A DNA stretch of 18,840 bases from an uncultured Erysipelotrichaceae bacterium. GTDB lineage: Bacteria; Bacillota_I; Bacilli_A; Erysipelotrichales; Erysipelotrichaceae. A program made the translations under genes and the position numbers. This document shows, one piece after another, positions 1 to 7,642 of the stretch. Location of the stretch: positions 1 to 18,840 of the forward strand of contig CAYWGS010000023.1 in assembly GCA_964457525.1 (NCBI GenBank), written 5' to 3'. The notes under the pieces are model-generated. The model saw nothing but the letters and a program-made list of their open reading frames with translations, ran no database searches and had not been told where the DNA came from. Within the stretch, counting starts at the first letter, position 1. Each line of letters begins with the position of its first letter.

Positions 1-83
1 TATTTAGTGGATCAAATCCATTTATGAATCGAGATTTCTTACTTATATTTAATTTGATCTTAATACTTGTATTAGCCATTATT

Positions 84-109
84 GATAGAGCCCATATAAT
101 TGTGTAAAA
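84..109. repeat. IS256-type left terminal inverted repeat (IRL)
   Basis: GATAGAGCCCATATAATTGTGTAAAA. The inner 10 bp TTGTGTAAAA are identical to the reverse complement of 1386-1395. Confidence 0.8.
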
Positions 110-171
110 GTTGAAAGGCCATAGAGACCTGCTATTATGTTAGTTACGACACAGACATAAGGAAGAGCTCT

Positions 172-1359
172 ATGACCCAAATCAATCTTAATTTAAACGC
201 TGATCAGATTCAAGACATCATTGCACATAGTGGCGCAAATGATCTCGCCAAACAAATGTTAACGACGATTTTTAATCAGTTGATGGAGAAAGAAAGAGAT
301 GAATACATCAATGTAGATGCCTATTCACGAGAGAATCATCGCAACTCAAGCCGTAATGGCTATTATGAACGAAATTACACAACACGCATAGGACGACTTG
401 AACTCATTGTCCCTAGAACACGAGATGGTGAATTCTCACCAAGTATCTTTGAAAGATATCAGCGAAATGAAAAAGCTTTATTATCAACGATGCTTGAAAT
501 GTATGTTCAGGGAGTATCCACACGAAAAGTGAGTAAAGTGGTTGAAGAACTGTGTGGGACATCGGTATCTAAATCATTTGTCAGCTCACTGACCAGTGAA
601 TTAGATGACATGGTAGATGATTTCTTAAATCGACCATTAGAAAGAGCGTATCCCTTTATTCTAAGTGATGTCCTCTACATCAAGGTTAGAGAGAATCATC
701 GGGTCGTTTCTAAAGCGTTTCATGTGATCTTGGGAATTAATGATATGGGTGAAAGAGAACTATTAAACTTCTCGATATCAGACTCAGAAACGTATGAGAC
801 ATGGAAAAACTTGTATGAACAGTTAATCCAACGTGGTCTAAGCGGTTTAAAGCTAGTTATCTCTGATGCGCATAAAGGAGAAGTCAGAGCGATTAAAGAA
901 AGCTTTAGTGGTGTTAGTTGGCAACGTTGCCAAGTGCACTTCATGCGAAATGTATTTGATAAACTCCCACGAAAGAATACTGAAAAAGTGAGAGCTGAAT
1001 TAAAAGTCCTATTTAAGACAAACAATATTGAACTAGCACGGTCACTTAAGAATCAAATCGTTGATGAGTACGCAGGTCAATATGAAAAGATGGTTGAATG
1101 TTTAGATGAAGGTTTTGAAGATAGTTTCCAATACTGTTCAATCGAAGAAACGAATTACTCACGTTTGAAAAGTACAAATATGCTTGAAAGACTAAACTCT
1201 GAAATTAGACGCAGAGAAAAAGTTGTCCGTATATTCCCTAACACTCAATCTGCATTAAGACTACTGGGTTCTGTACTAATTGATATCCACGAAGAATGGC
1301 AATCCAGTCCTCGTCAATATATAAAGTTTACTGACAAAACAAAAAAGTGGATCAACTAA
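172..1359 (+). CDS. IS256-family (Mutator-type) DDE transposase
   Basis: 395-aa ORF with typical IS256 transposase stretches (RNGYYERNYTTRIGRLELIVPRTRDGEFSPSIFERYQR; VISDAHKGEVRAIKESF; WQRCQVHFMRN). AAGGAAG lies 6 nt upstream of the ATG. Size matches IS256 Tnp (~390 aa). Confidence 0.92.
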   Translation: MTQINLNLNADQIQDIIAHSGANDLAKQMLTTIFNQLMEKERDEYINVDAYSRENHRNSSRNGYYERNYTTRIGRLELIVPRTRDGEFSPSIFERYQRNEKALLSTMLEMYVQGVSTRKVSKVVEELCGTSVSKSFVSSLTSELDDMVDDFLNRPLERAYPFILSDVLYIKVRENHRVVSKAFHVILGINDMGERELLNFSISDSETYETWKNLYEQLIQRGLSGLKLVISDAHKGEVRAIKESFSGVSWQRCQVHFMRNVFDKLPRKNTEKVRAELKVLFKTNNIELARSLKNQIVDEYAGQYEKMVECLDEGFEDSFQYCSIEETNYSRLKSTNMLERLNSEIRRREKVVRIFPNTQSALRLLGSVLIDIHEEWQSSPRQYIKFTDKTKKWIN

Positions 1360-1385
1360 CGTTGATCCAAGACTAACATAAATGA

Positions 1386-1411
1386 TTTTACACAAGATTA
1401 AGGACTTGACT
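1386..1411. repeat. IS256-type right terminal inverted repeat (IRR)
   Basis: The reverse complement AGTCAAGTCCTTAATCTTGTGTAAAA matches the IRL at about 17/26 positions, including the inner 10 bp. The exact outer boundary is uncertain by a few bp. Confidence 0.65.
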
Positions 1412-1602
1412 TATATCTTGATGAATTAAAATAGTTATATCATAACATCTTACTGTTTCAATGTTTGTTTAATTTTCTTGAAAAATAAACTAATAATAGA
1501 AGTATTTTGGAATGGATGTAATAATTACAATAAATAAAGTCTACATTGTATAAAGTAAAGATTGTTTTACTCAGTGATAAATTTTAATGTGGAGGACCAT
1601 AA

Positions 1603-1956
1603 ATGATTTTGCATTGTATGAAAAAGTCTACATGGGAAGATAGAAAAGAAAAAGAATCATGGGGACATAGAGATTTAGATGCGGACGGTTTTATCCATTG
1701 TTCCACAGCTGAGTTATTTTGGAGAGTAGCCCCAAACTTTCGTGATATCCAAGATGAGCTTGTTCTTATATGTATCGATGAAAGTAAGTTGACATCTGAA
1801 GTACGTTTTGAAGATGGTGATAATTGTGGGAGATATTACCCGCATGTGTATGGACTTATTAATAATAGTGCAGTGATACAGATATTACCTTTTTTAAAAG
1901 ATGAGTTTGGAAACTATATAAAAAACGATGAATTAAGTCAATTTGAAGATCAGTAG
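1603..1956 (+). CDS. DUF952-family protein
   Basis: 117 aa. The pattern GFIHCST...LVLICID...YPHVYGLIN..AV matches my recollection of the DUF952 signature. GGAGG lies 8 nt upstream of the ATG. Confidence 0.65.
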   Translation: MILHCMKKSTWEDRKEKESWGHRDLDADGFIHCSTAELFWRVAPNFRDIQDELVLICIDESKLTSEVRFEDGDNCGRYYPHVYGLINNSAVIQILPFLKDEFGNYIKNDELSQFEDQ

Positions 1957-1985
1957 AAAAGGTATTTTAATTAATGTTATAGACT

Positions 1986-2016
1986 CAAAAAAATAAATCC
2001 GTTTGGATTTATTTTA
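1986..2016. terminator. Bidirectional intrinsic terminator between convergent genes
   Basis: Perfect 10-bp stem AAATAAATCC / GGATTTATTT (1991-2000 / 2005-2014) with loop GTTT. An A-run lies on the left, giving a U-run for the minus-strand transcript. It overlaps the stop codon of the minus-strand gene. Confidence 0.7.
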
Positions 2017-2439
2017 TAGTGTAGCGCCACATTTTTTACAATACTTCGCATCTTCATCATTCAAAGTTTTGCAAGATTGACAACGAACCTTTACAACTTC
2101 TTTTGATTCAGATTTAATATCAACTTCATCTAATACATCATTTATCATTCCACCAACTTGAGTTGAGTAAGGTTTAAGATCTTCACGTGCTTGTTTAGGA
2201 TCTAAGATTAACCCAGAACCAGCAGCACCTCTAGCGCCGATATTTGATACAAATTGTCCAATGATAATTAGGATAAATCCGATGAACCCATTGGCCATTG
2301 GATTGGCTGAGCCAAACATTGCGAATGGATTAAGGAAAGCAACAAAGAATACGGATAAGAAGAGAATAAATCCAATTGCGGTTAATCCATTACCAACATA
2401 GTACAATGTTTTACGATTCTTAGAAATTTCTTTACTCAT
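2014..2439 (-). CDS. Small membrane protein with C-terminal zinc ribbon, function unknown
   Basis: 141 aa with two hydrophobic helices (LTAIGFILFLSVFFVAFL; FIGFILIIIGQFVSNIG). A soluble tail ends in CQSC-x12-CKKC (C-x2-C ... C-x2-C). The start overlaps the upstream gene by 8 nt. Confidence 0.6.
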   Translation of the reverse strand: MSKEISKNRKTLYYVGNGLTAIGFILFLSVFFVAFLNPFAMFGSANPMANGFIGFILIIIGQFVSNIGARGAAGSGLILDPKQAREDLKPYSTQVGGMINDVLDEVDIKSESKEVVKVRCQSCKTLNDEDAKYCKKCGATL

Positions 2440-3184
2440 GTGTCTGATCCTTTAATTTGAATTTTAGATTAACAGAGAAATAAACAATCTTCTTTCCTTC
2501 TTTTACAATATTAGAAGGAGTAACACTGACTAATTGATTTAATCGATCATTGATCTTATTCATATCTAGTCGAGAAATAAATCCAATTACTTTGTTTTTA
2601 TAGATAACTTGCATCATACTTATACCAGACTTGAGTTTTGGTTTAAGTTCTAATGCAGTAGATTCATCAATCTTCTTAAGGATGTTTTGTGAAGCCCATG
2701 TGTCAATTCCAATGACGCGCATTTCATAGTTATCATAGACTTCATCTGTTTTAAATTTTTGTTCTTCACTGGTATATTCTGATTTAGTTTCATTATTCGA
2801 ATGAATATTTATGGAATTAAATTTTAATGATTCAGTTTGTTCGTTTGTTTCAAATAAATTATTCTGTTTAATTTCTTGAGTGATAGATGTGGGTGTTTCA
2901 GGTTTCGGTTCATCCAGAATAATCTTGATTGCTTCTTTTTCATCAATCGTATCTGGTTCGTGACTTTCGTTTGATTCTACAGTAATGTTTTTCTCTTTCT
3001 TAGACTTCATACTTAGGGGTAGTAGAAATAAGAAAAAACCCAATGTCATAGAAATAAACGAAGCGCCTAAGTAAAGACCTAAAGTAAGTGTTTCAAAGGT
3101 ATCAAAGTTATTAAATGTCCAATAGGTCAAATAAATGCCTCCTGTAAACAGGATAAGGCCAAATAGGGAAGTTATAATTTTCAT
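2432..3184 (-). CDS. Membrane-anchored protein of unknown function (2 TM, low-complexity linker, C-terminal ~90-aa globular domain)
   Basis: 250 aa with two N-terminal TM helices. An E/T/N/K-rich linker follows, then a C-terminal domain (YEMRVIGIDTW...KVIGFISRLDMNKINDRL...). No Shine-Dalgarno is visible, so the start is the only ATG option near the 5' end. Confidence 0.5.
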   Translation of the reverse strand: MKIITSLFGLILFTGGIYLTYWTFNNFDTFETLTLGLYLGASFISMTLGFFLFLLPLSMKSKKEKNITVESNESHEPDTIDEKEAIKIILDEPKPETPTSITQEIKQNNLFETNEQTESLKFNSINIHSNNETKSEYTSEEQKFKTDEVYDNYEMRVIGIDTWASQNILKKIDESTALELKPKLKSGISMMQVIYKNKVIGFISRLDMNKINDRLNQLVSVTPSNIVKEGKKIVYFSVNLKFKLKDQTHE

Positions 3185-3248
3185 AAACTTATTTTAACAC
3201 ATGCATTGTGCGATGCAAGTTGAAGCGAAGTGTGTCATAATAAATAAG

Positions 3249-3959
3249 ATGGAAGAAAATTACTACGAAAAACAAATATTATTGATAAAAGAGAAGATTG
3301 AAAAGAATCAATTAGAAGAAGCAAATCAATTAATTCAAGAAGAACTTGGGATGCCTTACATTCCAAAACATTTTTTAGATGAAATTAAACAATTGGAAAC
3401 AGAAATTAGGTCAAGTTTAAAGCTTAATCAAAAGACAAATGTTATTCTTGATGAGGATGAATTAAGAGGATTATTGAAACAAGATGAAATGGCTCAATTA
3501 AAGGCACTGGATCATATGAGTCGAAGCAATTTAAGACAATATGATACACTCGTTCAAGATGCTTTTAATCTATTAGAAGATCGTTTATTTCAAAACTTAC
3601 TCTTACGTATTTGTATCGATCAACAACTCACCAACGAATACTCATTTCATACGGATGGGATTGAGTATACGGTTATTCCTGCAAGTTTATGTTTGCCCGA
3701 AGAGAGTGAAGGGGTAGAAGGAGCATATCAATTATTAAATGATTGGTGTGATAAGAATCCATCGTTACTTAATCTCTGCTTAGAGAAATTACAGTATGAA
3801 GGTTTAATGGCATTACCAATTAGTTATACAGAAGATGAAGCATATGATTTAGCGTATCAGATCCTGGAAGAAGTGTTCCTACAAATCTCAGATGAGAAAG
3901 AATGGAATGCATTTAAACAAGAACATAAACTCGGTTATAACAGCCTTAGCACTCATTAG
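3249..3959 (+). CDS. Hypothetical helical protein upstream of tig; start uncertain (ORF opens at 3201)
   Basis: The ORF is open from 3201, and none of the candidate ATGs (3201, 3213, 3249) has an SD. 3249 (MEENYYEKQ...) sits 7-8 nt after an extended -10-like TGTCATAAT (3233-3241), so the mRNA may be leaderless. The sequence is predicted all-helical and acidic. It may belong to the Mollicutes-type family found upstream of tig-lon (unverified). Confidence 0.5.
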   Translation: MEENYYEKQILLIKEKIEKNQLEEANQLIQEELGMPYIPKHFLDEIKQLETEIRSSLKLNQKTNVILDEDELRGLLKQDEMAQLKALDHMSRSNLRQYDTLVQDAFNLLEDRLFQNLLLRICIDQQLTNEYSFHTDGIEYTVIPASLCLPEESEGVEGAYQLLNDWCDKNPSLLNLCLEKLQYEGLMALPISYTEDEAYDLAYQILEEVFLQISDEKEWNAFKQEHKLGYNSLSTH

Positions 3960-3972
3960 TTGACAGTGCTAA
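3946..3972. promoter_or_regulatory. CIRCE element (HrcA operator)
   Basis: TTAGCACTC-ATTAGTTGA-CAGTGCTAA versus the consensus TTAGCACTC-N9-GAGTGCTAA gives 17/18 arm positions with exact 9-nt spacing. The left arm lies in the last codons of the upstream ORF. The spacer and right arm cover the -35 of the tig promoter. Confidence 0.75.
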
Positions 3973-3987
3973 TAACTGTGTTATAAT
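3960..3987 (+). promoter_or_regulatory. Sigma-A type promoter of tig-lon-engB
   Basis: TTGACA (3960-3965), a 16-bp spacer, then extended -10 TGTTATAAT (TATAAT at 3982-3987). A strong SD AAGGAGGT lies at 3999-4006 before the tig ATG at 4011. Confidence 0.7.
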
Positions 3988-4010
3988 ATACAAGCAACAA
4001 GGAGGTCCTT

Positions 4011-5285
4011 ATGAAAACTACATGGACAATGATTGAAAAAACAAAAGGTGAATTAAAAGTCGACATCGAGGGAGATGTTTGGCAAAATGCTCAAAAGAAG
4101 GCATTTAATAAATTGGCGAAAGACGTACAACTTCCTGGTTTTCGTAAAGGGAAAGCTCCTGTAGATTTAGTCAAGAAACAAATTGCGGAACAAAATATCT
4201 TAGTTGAAGCAGTTGAAGGAATTGCTCAAGAAGCACTTGATTTAGGATTAGCTGAACACAAATTGAATCCAATCACACGTCCAGAATTAGGTATGGACGC
4301 TATTAGTACTGAAAAGGTTAGCATTAAGTTTACATTTGAAGTATTGGGAGAAGTAACACTTGGCGAATACAAGAACTTAGGTATTACTAAAGAAGTCGCT
4401 ACAGTTACTCCTGAAGAAGTTGATGCTAAGTTGGAAGGTTTACGTGCTCAATTTGCGGAACTTGTCTTAAAAGAAGAAGGTTTTGTAGAACACAAAGATA
4501 CCGCTGTTATTGATTTCGAAGGCTTTAAAGATGGTGTTGCGTTTGAAGGTGGAAAAGGTGAGAACTATTCTTTAGAAATCGGTTCTAACACATTTATTCC
4601 TGGTTTTGAAGATGCTTTAGTTGGTATGAAGAGTGGAGAAGAAAAAGATGTGACTTTGACTTTCCCTGAAAACTATCAAGCTGAGCATTTGGCTGGACAA
4701 GAAGTTGTGTTTAAGGTAAAAGTGAATGAAATCAAGTCTAAGCAATTACCTGCTTTAAATGATGATTTTGCGAAAGAAGTTAACCAAAAAGATATTGATT
4801 CCTTAGATGCTTTAAAGGCTAAATTTGAACAAGATATCTTATCTGATAAGCAAAAGAAAGCTGAAGATGATTACAACAATGCATTATTAACACGTGTTGT
4901 AGAAGCTTCAACATTAGAAGTACCAGCAGTACTTGTGGATGATGAAACACAAACGATGTTAGAAGATTTCGCGAATCGTTTAGGTCAACAAGGTTTCTCA
5001 TTGAAACAATACACTGAGATTACAGGTCAAACAGAAGATGATCTACGTGCTCAAATGCGCATTGATGCAGAAAGCAAGGTTAAAGTTCGTTTAGTTCTTG
5101 ATGCCGTTGCGAAAGCAGAGAATATTGCAGTTACACATGAAGAAATTGACAATGAATACAAGACGATAGCTGATACCTATCAAATGGATTTAGAACGTGT
5201 TAAACAATTAGCACCAGAAGGAACCATTGCATACGACTTACGTTTACGTAAAGCGTATGATTTGATTCGTGAATCCAATCAATAG
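4011..5285 (+). CDS. tig: Trigger factor (ribosome-associated PPIase chaperone)
   Basis: 424 aa. The N-terminal ribosome-binding motif GFRKGKAP is present. The central FKBP-type region is also present (IDFEGF.DG..FEGG....Y.LEIGS..FIPGFE..LVGMK.GE). Size and position before lon are canonical. Confidence 0.95.
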   Translation: MKTTWTMIEKTKGELKVDIEGDVWQNAQKKAFNKLAKDVQLPGFRKGKAPVDLVKKQIAEQNILVEAVEGIAQEALDLGLAEHKLNPITRPELGMDAISTEKVSIKFTFEVLGEVTLGEYKNLGITKEVATVTPEEVDAKLEGLRAQFAELVLKEEGFVEHKDTAVIDFEGFKDGVAFEGGKGENYSLEIGSNTFIPGFEDALVGMKSGEEKDVTLTFPENYQAEHLAGQEVVFKVKVNEIKSKQLPALNDDFAKEVNQKDIDSLDALKAKFEQDILSDKQKKAEDDYNNALLTRVVEASTLEVPAVLVDDETQTMLEDFANRLGQQGFSLKQYTEITGQTEDDLRAQMRIDAESKVKVRLVLDAVAKAENIAVTHEEIDNEYKTIADTYQMDLERVKQLAPEGTIAYDLRLRKAYDLIRESNQ

Positions 5286-5314
5286 ATAAGACGCTAAGCG
5301 TCTTATTCCTTCTC
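5286..5314 (+). terminator. Hairpin between tig and lon (possible partial terminator/attenuator)
   Basis: 9-bp stem ATAAGACGC / GCGTCTTAT (5286-5294 / 5298-5306) with loop TAA. It is followed by the pyrimidine-rich TCCTTCTC rather than a clean U-run, then directly by the lon SD AAGGAGG. Confidence 0.4.
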
Positions 5315-5326
5315 AAGGAGGTTAAG

Positions 5327-7642
5327 ATGGAAAAACTAGAATTAAACATCCCGGTCATTGCGACTAGGGGCGTCCTCATCTTCCCAGGACAAGAAGTCAT
5401 GATTGAAGTAGGACGAGATAAGAGTATTAATGCGGTTGAAGAATCGATGGCATATTTTGATGGACAAGTTTTCATTGTCAGTCAAAAGGATGTCTTAGTT
5501 GATGATCCACATGCACAAGATTTATACACGATGGGTACGATCTGTCGTATTAAGACGACAAAGAAAAAAGAAGGCTTCTTACGCGTTACCTTTGTGGGGA
5601 ACCAACGTGCAAGTATCATTCGTTTGAGTGAAGATGAACGTATGTTATTTGCGACTGTTAAACCTGAAGAAGATATTCGTGGAGATAGCTTAGAAGAAAT
5701 GGCGCTTGTTCGTCAAATCGCGAAAGGGTTAGAACAAATTACCAATGTTAGTCAATCCTTCCCACCTGAAGTGTTTAGTCAATTAACGAAGGGTGTAAGT
5801 GCGGATCAATTAGCCGATCAAGTAGCTCAATACTTCCCAATGAATTTAGATGAACGTCAAGGTTTATTGGAAGAGTTGGTCTTAAATCAACGTTTATTGT
5901 TAATTATTTCTAACTTGAAAAAAGAGAAAGAGTTAACCAATATCGAACAAGGCATTAATGAAAAAGTTCGTGAACGTATTGAAGAAAATCAACGTGAATA
6001 TTATTTACGTGAAAAACTTCGTGCAATTAAAGAAGAATTAGGGGATGTCCCTAATTCAACCGATGATATGGAAACACTTCGTCGATTAGTTGAAGATAAT
6101 CCATATCCGGCAAACATTAAAGCAAAAGCGTTAGAAGAAATTCAACGTTATGAGATGTTGCCAAGTTCATCCGGTGAGAGTGGCGTAATTCGTACCTACT
6201 TAGACTGGTTACTCAATGTGCCTTGGTGGCAAGAATCCAATGACAATGAAGATTTAGTTGCAGTTCGTGCTGTACTTGATCGCGATCACTTTGGTTTAGA
6301 AAAAGTTAAAGATCGTATTATGGAATATCTCGCTGTTAAGACAATGACTAAGAGTCTAAATGCGCCTATTCTATGTTTAGTGGGTCCTCCAGGGGTTGGT
6401 AAAACATCCTTGGCTAAATCCATTGCGAATGCATTGAATCGTAACTTCGTTAAGGCATCACTAGGGGGTGTTCGTGATGAAGCTGAGATTCGTGGTCACC
6501 GTAGAACTTATTTAGGATCTTTACCAGGTCGTGTTATTCAAGGAATGAAGAAAGCAGGCGTTATTAATCCTGTATTCTTAATTGATGAAATTGATAAGAT
6601 GGCTTCTGACTATAAGGGTGATCCAAGTTCCGCTATGTTAGAGGTATTAGATCCTGAACAAAATGCTATGTTCTCTGATCACTATTTAGAAGAACCGTAT
6701 GATTTAAGTAAGGTTATGTTTATCGCAACTGCGAACTATTTAGAAGATATTCCAGCAGCGTTACGTGATCGTTTAGAAATCATTAACTTGTCTTCTTATA
6801 CTGAAGATGAAAAAGTGAATATTGCGACAGAACACTTAATTCCTAAACAAGCCGCATTAAATGGTTTAAAACCAAAACAATTTAATGTATCGGATAAAGT
6901 TATCTTACATATTATTCGTAACTATACTCGTGAAGCAGGGGTACGTCAACTTGAAAGACATGTGGCTACACTCTGCCGTAAATCCGTTCTTGCGATTCTA
7001 AAAGATGGCAAGAAATCCATTACTGTCACCGATAAACTGATGATGGAATGGTTGGGTAAAGAAATCTTTGAATATGGTAAGAAAGAAAAGACAGACCAAG
7101 TTGGTGTTGTGACTGGATTGGCTTACACTTCATTCGGTGGAGATGTTCTACCAGTAGAAGTCACAAGCTTTGAAGGTAAAGGACGATTAATCGTGACTGG
7201 CCAATTAGGCGAAGTTATGAAAGAGTCGACTGAAATTGCATTAGGTTATGTTAAATCCAATGCGAAGAAGTACAACATTGATCCTAAATTCTTTGAATCA
7301 AACGATATTCATATTCACGTACCTGAAGGGGCTGTTCCAAAAGATGGTCCAAGTGCAGGTATTACACTTACAACTGCTTTAGTATCCGCTTTAACTCATA
7401 TTCCAGTGCATTCTGACCTAGCGATGACAGGTGAAGTTACACTTCGCGGTAATGTTTTACCAATCGGTGGATTGAAGGAAAAATCACTTGCGGCTCATCG
7501 TGTTGGAATTACTAAGATTTTGATTCCTAAGTTGAATGCTAAAGATTTAGATGAACTTCCAAAGATTGTTAAGGAACACATTACATTTGTTCCAGTAGAA
7601 TCGATGGAACAAGTTCTTAAGGAAGCTTTGGTGAAACAATGA
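5327..7642 (+). CDS. lon: ATP-dependent Lon protease (LonA type)
   Basis: 771 aa with an N-terminal LON substrate-binding domain. AAA+ Walker A GPPGVGKTS and Walker B FLIDEIDK are present. The C-terminal protease domain carries the catalytic-Ser motif PKDGPSAG and a downstream Lys (GGLKEK). Confidence 0.96.
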   Translation: MEKLELNIPVIATRGVLIFPGQEVMIEVGRDKSINAVEESMAYFDGQVFIVSQKDVLVDDPHAQDLYTMGTICRIKTTKKKEGFLRVTFVGNQRASIIRLSEDERMLFATVKPEEDIRGDSLEEMALVRQIAKGLEQITNVSQSFPPEVFSQLTKGVSADQLADQVAQYFPMNLDERQGLLEELVLNQRLLLIISNLKKEKELTNIEQGINEKVRERIEENQREYYLREKLRAIKEELGDVPNSTDDMETLRRLVEDNPYPANIKAKALEEIQRYEMLPSSSGESGVIRTYLDWLLNVPWWQESNDNEDLVAVRAVLDRDHFGLEKVKDRIMEYLAVKTMTKSLNAPILCLVGPPGVGKTSLAKSIANALNRNFVKASLGGVRDEAEIRGHRRTYLGSLPGRVIQGMKKAGVINPVFLIDEIDKMASDYKGDPSSAMLEVLDPEQNAMFSDHYLEEPYDLSKVMFIATANYLEDIPAALRDRLEIINLSSYTEDEKVNIATEHLIPKQAALNGLKPKQFNVSDKVILHIIRNYTREAGVRQLERHVATLCRKSVLAILKDGKKSITVTDKLMMEWLGKEIFEYGKKEKTDQVGVVTGLAYTSFGGDVLPVEVTSFEGKGRLIVTGQLGEVMKESTEIALGYVKSNAKKYNIDPKFFESNDIHIHVPEGAVPKDGPSAGITLTTALVSALTHIPVHSDLAMTGEVTLRGNVLPIGGLKEKSLAAHRVGITKILIPKLNAKDLDELPKIVKEHITFVPVESMEQVLKEALVKQ

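Larger units (their letters stand above)
84..1411 (+). mobile_element. IS256-family insertion sequence, about 1.33 kb, apparently intact
   Basis: One Mutator/IS256-type transposase ORF is bracketed by imperfect 26-bp terminal inverted repeats. The left end GATAGAGCCCATATAATTGTGTAAAA closely resembles the IS256 IRL as I recall it (GATAAAGTCCGTATAATTGTGTAAAA). Length is close to the ~1.3 kb of IS256. Confidence 0.85.

Noticed and set aside
6-15. The 10-nt string AGTGGATCAA occurs at 6-15 and again at 1346-1355 near the transposase stop, suggesting a second partial IS copy at the left edge.
   Set aside because: The flanking sequence on both sides shows no further similarity to the IS 3' end, so this is most likely coincidence.
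1-79. Possible 5' end of a minus-strand gene (ATG at 79-77, MANTSIKIKLNISKKSRFINGFDPLN...) running off the left edge, 4 bp from the IS end.
   Set aside because: Only 26 codons are visible, no SD is present (the upstream sequence is the IS terminus), and I recognise no motif. It is not distinguishable from a chance open frame in AT-rich DNA.
720-1025. 101-aa minus-strand ORF inside the transposase gene. Similar antisense ORFs in the track lie at 4819-5001, 5200-5475, 9772-10008, 10670-10930, 11085-11300 and 14077-14280.
   Set aside because: All lie fully antisense to, or out of frame within, strongly supported genes (tnp, tig, lon, ptb, buk, OFOR alpha). They have no SD and have odd, low-complexity or Cys/His/Trp-rich compositions. 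AT-rich DNA produces such shadow ORFs by chance.
1406-1432. Outward hybrid promoter from the IS right end (TTGACT ... TAAAAT) driving the DUF952 gene.
   Set aside because: The spacer is only 15 bp, there is no extended -10, and the gene start is ~170 bp further on. It is kept only as a remark under the IS finding.
3946-3972. The hairpin at the end of the hypothetical gene read as its rho-independent terminator.
   Set aside because: No U-tract follows it (TAACTGTG). The arms match the CIRCE consensus almost perfectly, which explains the structure better.
4983-4999. GGTCAACAAGGTTTCTC inside tig as a CtsR operator (GGTCAAA-NAN-GGTCAAA) for lon.
   Set aside because: The second heptad does not match, and the site is intragenic, ~330 bp from lon.
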